25,180 bases of DNA from the IMG/VR virus record IMGVR_UViG_3300046171_000301; one strand, given 5' to 3'. The position numbers and the translations under genes are program-made. Below the pieces are notes generated by a model. The model worked only from the letters and a program-made list of their open reading frames with translations, ran no database searches and had not been told where the DNA came from. This stretch comes from an uncultured virus (IMG/VR IMGVR_UViG_3300046171_000301). Its lineage: Duplodnaviria > Heunggongvirae > Uroviricota > Caudoviricetes. How positions within the stretch are numbered: position 1 is the stretch's first letter; each line of letters opens with the position of its first letter. This document shows positions 17,292 through 24,586 of the stretch, one piece after another.

Positions 17292-17939
17292 TTAAATCAG
17301 AAATGCTCTGCCTAGTCCAAACAAAGCTTGGAATAATTCGGCTTTACTCTTTCGGCCCCTTTGATCTAATTCCATCATTCTTAACTCTCGTTCCATAGCC
17401 CTATCTTCTCTTCGATCACTTCGGTCATCAGCCCTTATTTGCTCCGCTCTAATTAAAGCATCGGTATACCTTTGCTCACCTTTATCTGTTATAGCCTGTT
17501 CGTTTGCATCTCGCTGTGCTGCTGCTAGTTTACGGATTTGTTGTGTTGTTAGGTCCTCAGTTTGTGATAAATCTGAACCCTTCACTCCAACGTAATCAGT
17601 TACGGCTAGTCCTCTTGAATTTAGTTGTCCAAGTCGTTTGTTATAGTCAGTTTCCAATTCTCCTTCTTGAATCTTAAGATCCTCTGGCTTTATGCCAGGC
17701 AGGTTTTCTTCAATTGCGCCTCTGAGACCTGGGTTTGTTTTGTTAATTTTTTTCTCTAATAATTTTTGAGCTTTTTCCCTTACATCTTCTTCAGAATATC
17801 CTCCTAAAGCTCCCCTTAGGCGATCAAAAAGGTCGTATTTACCATCAAAGCTTGTTCTGTCATCTGACAGATTGCCCATTTCTCCTTTAGCCGCATCTTC
17901 AACCGATCCTACACCCGGTAAAAATTGAAAATATGACAT
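17292..17939 (-). CDS. Hypothetical helical/coiled-coil virion protein
   Basis: 215 aa, coupled to the upstream gene by TGATG. R/D/E-rich C-terminal coiled coil. Confidence 0.7.
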   Translation of the reverse strand: MSYFQFLPGVGSVEDAAKGEMGNLSDDRTSFDGKYDLFDRLRGALGGYSEEDVREKAQKLLEKKINKTNPGLRGAIEENLPGIKPEDLKIQEGELETDYNKRLGQLNSRGLAVTDYVGVKGSDLSQTEDLTTQQIRKLAAAQRDANEQAITDKGEQRYTDALIRAEQIRADDRSDRREDRAMERELRMMELDQRGRKSKAELFQALFGLGRAFLI

Positions 17940-18421
17940 CAGTATCTACCCCCCTGTAACATTGCTAAAGCTTCTTCCATTCTACGTTGTTCTGGAGTTT
18001 TCTTATCTCCAAACAAATACTGCAGACCGTCGCTGGCTTGTTTACCTGTACCAGCTCCAACAAGCATTCCCATAGGACCACCCGTCACTAATCCAACGCC
18101 GCCGCCTACAAGCATTCCTGCACCATCCATAATTCGGTTGCCGAGGCTTTCATCGCCCGCAACTACATCAGCAGCATCTAGTGCTACCAGTCCGGCTGAT
18201 AGGCCAGGGACGAAACGCAGTACTGCCTGTGCCGGCTTTGACGCAGCAAACCTAAGACCTTTCTTGCCGAAGATACTCCCAAGCTCTTTTGTAATTTGAT
18301 GTTGTGCTTTTGAGTTTTTACCTAAGAGAAAGTTTCCAACATCTCCAGCTGTAGTTTGCCGTATCTGCGGAATTAAAACGTCAGAACCGTACTCAGCTCC
18401 TCTAGACAAAAAGTCGTACAT
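17939..18421 (-). CDS. Glycine-zipper hydrophobic protein, putative ejection or membrane-penetrating protein
   Basis: 160 aa, coupled by TAATG. Contains GAGMLVGGGVGLVTGGPMGMLVGAGTG. Confidence 0.7.
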   Translation of the reverse strand: MYDFLSRGAEYGSDVLIPQIRQTTAGDVGNFLLGKNSKAQHQITKELGSIFGKKGLRFAASKPAQAVLRFVPGLSAGLVALDAADVVAGDESLGNRIMDGAGMLVGGGVGLVTGGPMGMLVGAGTGKQASDGLQYLFGDKKTPEQRRMEEALAMLQGGRY

Positions 18422-19128
18422 TAATTTACTCCTGCTAAAGCTTCTTTGGCTTCCATGCGCTGAATGCGAGTTTCTAGCTGTTGAATGCTGCGGACAAGTA
18501 GTCCGATTAACTCGTTGGTGTCAATACATAGCTTTCCAAGACTTTCATCAAAGTATGTTGCATCAGGCATATGCTCTTGATATTCCTGTGCAATAAATCC
18601 GTAATGAAGCCTGTGTGGATCTAATGTATATTCCTCATTGTAGTAAAAGCTTACAGGACGTAATTCACGCAGTAACGACAATGCATCATCGAGCTCTTCA
18701 ATAGTATTTTTAATAGTTTCATCGCTGGGCATCAACGCTCCCATGGCTAAAGCACCACCGACGCTTCCAAGAGCACTGAAAGCAGACCCAATCATAGATC
18801 CCTTCGCCTCTGCTGAAGCAGCTGCTTTTGCCGCATCGGCCTCTATTTTTGCAGCCTTAATCTGACCTTCCGCTGCTAAACCCTGTGAGTGAATAGAAGA
18901 CTCAGCTTGCATACCAGCACGGTTTACAAGACCACGTGCTGCAAGGCTGTTTCGTGTGATTTCACCATACTCAGGGGATTTTTTTCGAAGATCGTCATAG
19001 ATTGCACTTAGCTGACCTTGCTGTGCGGCACCAGCGTGTCCCTTACCGCCTAGGCCACTAAACATCTCTCCGGTACCACCAAAGCCACCGAAGTTTTTGA
19101 GATTATCGCCAGCAAGTCTTAAAGTCAT
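18421..19128 (-). CDS. Virion protein with a C-terminal intramolecular chaperone / peptidase S74 autocleavage domain
   Basis: SDETIKNTIEEL..ALSLLRELRPVSFYY...HYGFIAQEYQEHMP...LIGLLVRSIQQLETRI matches the S74 pattern, with the Ser135-Lys140 dyad intact. Confidence 0.88.
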   Translation of the reverse strand: MTLRLAGDNLKNFGGFGGTGEMFSGLGGKGHAGAAQQGQLSAIYDDLRKKSPEYGEITRNSLAARGLVNRAGMQAESSIHSQGLAAEGQIKAAKIEADAAKAAASAEAKGSMIGSAFSALGSVGGALAMGALMPSDETIKNTIEELDDALSLLRELRPVSFYYNEEYTLDPHRLHYGFIAQEYQEHMPDATYFDESLGKLCIDTNELIGLLVRSIQQLETRIQRMEAKEALAGVN

Positions 19129-19493
19129 TATTTTTCGTTTGGATTAGTAGGAGGAGTAGGACCAGGTCTATATTTAAGCCCTCCCATGACACCTGAAGCT
19201 ACGTTGCCAATGCCGTCAGCTATTCCACCAAATATTGCTGCATTACCCGCTTGTTGTCCCGCATATCTGCGTGCTTCACCTAAGTGTTTTGCAGATTCAA
19301 TGGCTGCCCCCTTACCAATTCCAGCGCTATGGATTTTTGCAATTTCTGTCATGGAGGTTGCATCTGTAGCACCTCTTTCAGCTATACCTCTAGTCGCTGT
19401 CTTGCCATAATCCTCTTTAGGATTCAAGAAATCTGTCACCGTCGGCAGCTGCAGACCCTCAAACGCTTTACCAGCAAACCTTCCGACAGACAT
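19128..19493 (-). CDS. Small Gly/Ala-rich virion protein consisting of the shared carrier domain alone
   Basis: 121 aa with TAGAAT (19516-19521) 22 nt upstream. Aligns without gaps to the N-termini of the S74 and lysozyme proteins. Confidence 0.75.
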   Translation of the reverse strand: MSVGRFAGKAFEGLQLPTVTDFLNPKEDYGKTATRGIAERGATDATSMTEIAKIHSAGIGKGAAIESAKHLGEARRYAGQQAGNAAIFGGIADGIGNVASGVMGGLKYRPGPTPPTNPNEK

Positions 19494-19524
19494 TTAATAA
19501 CATCGCAGTATCTATATTCTATAC

Positions 19525-20706
19525 TTATTGCAAATTACTATTATCAGAATTCATTAAATTATCTGCGTTATTACGCCTACGCCGTTCTTGCTCCAAAATA
19601 TTGCCTGCGATTTGGCCAGCAACTAAGCCAGTCATTCCACCGACAAAGCCACCACGTATAGGTCTTGATGTTCGTACACCAGCAGCTCCGCCTGCTAATG
19701 CACTTAGATACGGGACTACACCTGTAGTAACAGGGAGGCTTCTACCTAAGAACTGCATTTCAGGTCCATGAATGCCCTCGTCAGTGAACTTCAGTGCGCC
19801 AGCACCGATCGTCACATCTCCGTCTAGCGGATTCCAGTCTTCTTTTTTGTCATACTTAAAGCCTTTATATCGTCCATACTCTTCTGGAGATACATCAGGT
19901 CGTACCTTTACGAACTCGTTATACGGAAGAAGATTGCCCGTCCTGCCCATGATGTACTTAAGGCCCACTTCACCAACTACATTTGAAGTCTTGGTTGGAT
20001 CTTCATCACTAGGTAATGCTGCATAATATCCTTCAGCTCCACCAAATGGTGTCAATAACCCTAACCCTGAGTTGATGGCAACCCCTGTAGGTATAGCTAA
20101 TGATGCAACATGTCCAGGCTCAAAATTACGCTTCATTACAACAGCATCATCACCTTCACCATCAATTGAATAACCGCGTTTTAGGCGCTCCTTGCCGTTC
20201 ATCTTTTTAGTGATGCCTAATGCTTTCTGCGCTTGCTTATCCTTAGCCCTTAGTGGTTTATTGTTGTAAGTATTAGTGACAACTGATTTGCCATAAAGAT
20301 TAGGGTTTGCTTTGGCAAGCACAGCTTCATTGATTACATTGCCTGCGGCCTGTAAAGCATTTAATAGCCAGTACACGCTACGAGTAGTGTCTTGTGTTAA
20401 ATCAGATGCAACTGTTCCTACCCTTTGACCAAAGCGCTTTGCTCCTGTATCCATCATGCCCATGTCTAGCTCATTACGAGCTTGAACATAATTAGGGTCT
20501 GCCATACCCAAGGCTTCTCTTGTTCTATAGATCGTTGGATTGGTAGCCAACATAGAAGTCATGCGTGGCGCTTCTTTTTGCTTACCTTGAAGCTCACGAG
20601 CACGATAGAAACCCATTTGCTCATCTTCTCGGCCTTTGCCGTAGTCATTGGCAAAGCCTTCGCCAAACTCACTTAAGATATTTTTTATTCGCTGCAGCCT
20701 ACTCAT
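19525..20706 (-). CDS. Putative internal virion/ejection protein (393 aa)
   Basis: Start revised from 20847 to the ATG at 20706 (MSRLQRIKNILSEFG), which is TAATG-coupled to the upstream stop. Gly-rich hydrophobic C-terminal segments. Confidence 0.75.
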   Translation of the reverse strand: MSRLQRIKNILSEFGEGFANDYGKGREDEQMGFYRARELQGKQKEAPRMTSMLATNPTIYRTREALGMADPNYVQARNELDMGMMDTGAKRFGQRVGTVASDLTQDTTRSVYWLLNALQAAGNVINEAVLAKANPNLYGKSVVTNTYNNKPLRAKDKQAQKALGITKKMNGKERLKRGYSIDGEGDDAVVMKRNFEPGHVASLAIPTGVAINSGLGLLTPFGGAEGYYAALPSDEDPTKTSNVVGEVGLKYIMGRTGNLLPYNEFVKVRPDVSPEEYGRYKGFKYDKKEDWNPLDGDVTIGAGALKFTDEGIHGPEMQFLGRSLPVTTGVVPYLSALAGGAAGVRTSRPIRGGFVGGMTGLVAGQIAGNILEQERRRRNNADNLMNSDNSNLQ

Positions 20707-21224
20707 TAGCCAATACCACCAGTGCCTAATCCGCCAGGGTTTAAATAGTCGGTAGACCTTGGATAGAGCAACCCATGTTGTGCAAGTATCTGTTGCTCCA
20801 GTTCTTGTGCAAACCTCTCTTGATCCTGACGACCCATTTTCTCCCAAGGGGTTTCCCCTGATCCTCCCATTAATTTATCTTTGGCTCTAAGCACTTGCTC
20901 TGAAACAGGGATTGAGCCGTATCCGCCTCCCACACTGGCAATCATATCCACACCACTTGCAATTCCGGGCTTCCCTAGAAATGGGCGGGATGCCACTAAG
21001 CCCGTGCCTGCAGACATGCCAAAGTCAGTTAATCCTGTCAGTAATTTATCTCCAAGATCTCCAGGTGTTTGAGACGCATTTACAACAGCCATGGTGCCGT
21101 CCATTCCCAGCCTTAACCCTAATTCAGGAATAGAAGCAGCTACACCCTTCTTTATTGCACCGGGATTTCTTCCTAATAAATATTTGAGAGCTTGAAGACC
21201 TTTTGTACCTGCCATTCGAATCAT
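20706..21224 (-). CDS. Gly-rich hypothetical virion protein with N-terminal RMAG
   Basis: 172 aa, ATGA overlap with the upstream gene. Confidence 0.75.
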   Translation of the reverse strand: MIRMAGTKGLQALKYLLGRNPGAIKKGVAASIPELGLRLGMDGTMAVVNASQTPGDLGDKLLTGLTDFGMSAGTGLVASRPFLGKPGIASGVDMIASVGGGYGSIPVSEQVLRAKDKLMGGSGETPWEKMGRQDQERFAQELEQQILAQHGLLYPRSTDYLNPGGLGTGGIG

Positions 21225-21538
21225 GACGCAACTCCCCTCTGTGCTGCTTGTGCAGTCATTGCTTGTCTCATTTTAGCTTGATTGAACATTTCACCTTCAT
21301 TGCTTTGCCCAAACATATTCATCCACTGCTCTGCTGCTGCGGCTGCCTCTGGATTCATTAACTCAAGTGCTCTAGATCCCATTTGTCCAGCCATACGATT
21401 TTTGTTATTCCGCTCTAACTGGTTAGATGATTTAATCCGAACAACACCTGTATCAGTAGCAAAAGTTGCGGGATTCTCCCTTGCCTCTGCTTTGATTAAA
21501 TTACCTTGACGAATTGCTTGCGGATCAAAATTAGACAT
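21221..21538 (-). CDS. Hypothetical protein containing RMAGQM
   Basis: About 105 aa. The ATG at 21538 is preferred over the TTG at 21544. Confidence 0.7.
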   Translation of the reverse strand: MSNFDPQAIRQGNLIKAEARENPATFATDTGVVRIKSSNQLERNNKNRMAGQMGSRALELMNPEAAAAAEQWMNMFGQSNEGEMFNQAKMRQAMTAQAAQRGVAS

Positions 21539-21540
21539 GA

Positions 21541-23502
21541 TCAAAATCTCCGTGGAAGACGTGAGCTCAATGCATTTGGAGGTAAGTACTTCATACGTTC
21601 TTCCATCTCACGAGCAATTTGTGCGGTAGTTGTATCAGCACCCTGCTGTGCTTTTACTGCTCCTTTAATCCAAGAATCAACGTCATAGTTGCCATCTGGA
21701 TTCTTAGCTAAGAATTCTTGCTCCTTTTCACGTAGTGCACGTTCAATTTGCACAGGGTTAGTCTGACCTGTCCTGTTTTCAATCTTTGGAGCTTCACCTG
21801 CAGCTGCTGTTGCACCAATGAATGGCATTGCAGCCATAGGATCGCTTAATTCACGCATACGGGTCACAATGTCGCGACCTTCCATCTGTTGACCAGGTCT
21901 CATACGTGCAATTTCTGTTTGACCGTCTTTAGGATCGATTGCTTCAGGAGCGTTAAATTCAATTTTGCTCCTATTACGCTCAATTGGTCCAAAGACTTTA
22001 TTTCTTTCCTTATAATCACGTGATGCATCAACATTTCGGCCAGATCTACGCTGCATCTCCATTTGGAACAGCGAACTTGCTAATCTCTCGCTTTCGACAG
22101 GCGAATATCCAAGCATATTAAGAACTTGAGCAACACCAGGCTCATTATTCTTGATATTCTTCATCTTACGCTTACCCGTCTTAGGATCATCTACTAATTC
22201 ACGGTCATAAAACGCGATATCTCTAGTTCCTGGACGTTTAGTCGCATTTCTACGACTAACAGCGTCAATAATCATGTCTGAAGTGTTTTGTAATCCAGCA
22301 GCACTCCTGAGATTATCTGGAACAGCACCTAATGCTGGCTCAATTGCAATAAGCTCAGGATTTAGGCGTCTAACACGGTCGGCAAACAGGCTTGTGCTGG
22401 ATGTAATGTCGGTTTGAGGGAGATCTCCAAATACTCGTCCGCCTGATCGGAAATCAGGAGTGTTTGCCATCATCCAATCCTGGGCTGTCTGTGCAGGTGG
22501 TGGGGCATTCAAAGCATTAGCTGTATCTGGTGCATTAGCGGACACTGGTGGTGGTGTAGGTGACGCCAATGATTCTTGAGTTACAGGATCGACGTACATG
22601 AAGGACTGACCAGTCCGATAATCACCGCCGAATGGCTCTTGATCCAAACCACTTGCTTGAGCTAATGCTGCGGGAACGTCAATACGCTCTGCTTGTGGCA
22701 TCCCAGCCAACATTTCTGCGTCAGATCGACCTCGATACTGGCCTTGGCTTCTAACAAAACCCTCGGCTTCAATAGCAGCGTTTACATCGTTGTACCCCTC
22801 ACGTAATTTGCTTTGAGGACTACGCCGATTACGCTCACTTGCTACAACATCACTAGATAATCTACGTTGATCCTGAAGCTCCTCCCGTTGAGAGTAGCGA
22901 ACACCCTGTGGTAGTGCACTTTGTGGAACCATACGTGCAGGTTCATCAAACATTGCACGTTTTTCTGCGTCTAAATCGTCAAATTCTTCTGGCTTTGCGC
23001 CTGTCTTAAGTAAAGGCTTCCCATAATCGTAGACTCGCTCCCCGTTGCTGTCAAAGACGGTCATATCATCCATCTGATCTTGCAAATTCCCCCGAACTTG
23101 GTCGTCATATTGGGAATCACCGGGCTGATATTCCGCATATTGCCCCTGATCTTGGCCAAATGGGTCTACTTCAGGCTCCTCTCTGTAGCTAATACCTTTT
23201 ATTTCTGCACCTTCACTCATTTCTGCTAAAGATGCTTGCGCTTGCTTCAACTTGCCTTCCATCTCAGCAGCAGTCATCTGCTCTTCACCGCGTAATCGTT
23301 GACGTCTACGCTGACGTGATAGGGCAGAAAGTACTTCTTCCTCAGATAAGCCTAAAGTTTCACCAGCAGCAAAAGCAGCAGCACCTTTCCGCAACTGATC
23401 ATTTGCATCATGAGGCACTTGCCGTGGGTTATTACTTGCAGATGTATTGCCTACAGTCGTAATTACACGATTATGTAGCCGCTGGAGATCCTCTAAAGCC
23501 AC
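21541..23502 (-). CDS. Large hypothetical protein, probably an internal virion protein
   Basis: ORF of ~650 aa. The GTG at 23502 lies 25 nt downstream of TACAAT (23528-23533) and is preferred over the TTG at 23514. Confidence 0.75.
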   Translation of the reverse strand: MALEDLQRLHNRVITTVGNTSASNNPRQVPHDANDQLRKGAAAFAAGETLGLSEEEVLSALSRQRRRQRLRGEEQMTAAEMEGKLKQAQASLAEMSEGAEIKGISYREEPEVDPFGQDQGQYAEYQPGDSQYDDQVRGNLQDQMDDMTVFDSNGERVYDYGKPLLKTGAKPEEFDDLDAEKRAMFDEPARMVPQSALPQGVRYSQREELQDQRRLSSDVVASERNRRSPQSKLREGYNDVNAAIEAEGFVRSQGQYRGRSDAEMLAGMPQAERIDVPAALAQASGLDQEPFGGDYRTGQSFMYVDPVTQESLASPTPPPVSANAPDTANALNAPPPAQTAQDWMMANTPDFRSGGRVFGDLPQTDITSSTSLFADRVRRLNPELIAIEPALGAVPDNLRSAAGLQNTSDMIIDAVSRRNATKRPGTRDIAFYDRELVDDPKTGKRKMKNIKNNEPGVAQVLNMLGYSPVESERLASSLFQMEMQRRSGRNVDASRDYKERNKVFGPIERNRSKIEFNAPEAIDPKDGQTEIARMRPGQQMEGRDIVTRMRELSDPMAAMPFIGATAAAGEAPKIENRTGQTNPVQIERALREKEQEFLAKNPDGNYDVDSWIKGAVKAQQGADTTTAQIAREMEERMKYLPPNALSSRLPRRF

Positions 23503-23547
23503 TATCTCTATCAATAAACCTATGTTTATTGTAGAAACATTTGATAA

Positions 23548-24270
23548 TTAGATTCCTGTACGTGTGCTTGGGTCAAATAAGCCATGATAATCAAAGTTAT
23601 CAGCATTATTTAGAAAGCCTTTTTCAAAAATCTCTGTCCCTTTAGCAAACTCATCAGGCTTGAACGAACCTTTGGTACCAATTGAGTCACTAAACGCCTC
23701 AACAGCTTTGCGTTCTCTTCTTCTTTCTGTTAACTCTTTACTTGCCATTATTGCTTTTTGCCTAGGATTAATAAATTTATGATCACCTTTCATTGAACCA
23801 GCTGTCAGTGGATTCTCTCGATATCCTGGTCTGAAATCACTTTCTTTGTAGCCCGGCAAGTAGGCTGTACTTGGGTTTCTGAAGTCCTCAAAATTAATTT
23901 CTACGTTAAATGGAGAAGAAAAAGTTGATGCTGTTTCGGGTGTTGGTGTTGGTGTTGGCTTAGTCTCTTCGACATTGCTTTCATAACGCTCAGGATATAC
24001 ATTTTCTAATCCTTCACGACGAGATTGATACGAGGGAGTAGCTCGCTCAGGATATACAGTTTCTAATCCTTCACGACGAGATTTATATGGCTGTGGCTTA
24101 TCTACTCCAATAGACCCATCTTTATTTATTAAACTCCCCCGGCTTGTGGGAGCGGGACTAAACATTTCTCCAAGACGGCTTTTGAGAAAGTCTCCAGCCT
24201 GACCAAAGATATCGTACTCATATCCATACACATTACCTTGAGAATCTACTTTAGGTCTTAAATATTCCAT
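23548..24270 (-). CDS. Hypothetical protein with a 19-aa tandem duplication
   Basis: 240 aa with TAGAAT (24296-24301) 25 nt upstream. Confidence 0.7.
   Translation of the reverse strand: MEYLRPKVDSQGNVYGYEYDIFGQAGDFLKSRLGEMFSPAPTSRGSLINKDGSIGVDKPQPYKSRREGLETVYPERATPSYQSRREGLENVYPERYESNVEETKPTPTPTPETASTFSSPFNVEINFEDFRNPSTAYLPGYKESDFRPGYRENPLTAGSMKGDHKFINPRQKAIMASKELTERRRERKAVEAFSDSIGTKGSFKPDEFAKGTEIFEKGFLNNADNFDYHGLFDPSTRTGI
23987..24083. repeat. Direct repeat of 40 bp x2, period 57 nt, one mismatch
   Basis: cgctcaggatataca(t/g)tttctaatccttcacgacgagatt at 23987-24026 and 24044-24083, encoding SRREGLE(T/N)VYPER. Confidence 0.95.
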
Positions 24271-24298
24271 TATCTTAAACGAGCAATATTATCTTATT

Positions 24299-24586
24299 CT
24301 ACAAACCTTCAGTACTAGCCCTAAGTTGAACTTCTTTTGCTACAGCCATATTGGCATCTGTAGAGCTTGCGGCTTTGGCGATTGGCTTTGCAGGAGCAGG
24401 ATTTGATGCAATTCCTTTACCGACACTATTATTCGCAGTTGGTTTTTTAACTTTCGGCTTTTTACCAACAGCGGGATCTGCGGCTCCCGCGTAGCCTAAA
24501 CATTTTTGTAGTGTTTCATTCCAGGTGTACCCAGGCTTACACATGATCTTATCGATCATTTCTTGTCGACTTGAGTTGTAACGCAT
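24299..24586 (-). CDS. Small hypothetical protein with a CxxGYxWx6C motif and a K/A/P-rich tail
   Basis: 95 aa with TACAAT (24608-24613) 21 nt upstream. Confidence 0.7.
   Translation of the reverse strand: MRYNSSRQEMIDKIMCKPGYTWNETLQKCLGYAGAADPAVGKKPKVKKPTANNSVGKGIASNPAPAKPIAKAASSTDANMAVAKEVQLRASTEGL

Noticed and set aside
20707..20847. N-terminal extension of the 440-aa ORF overlapping the upstream gene
   Set aside because: The extension has atypical composition (WWYW, Cys), and the TAATG-coupled ATG at 20706 is a much better start.
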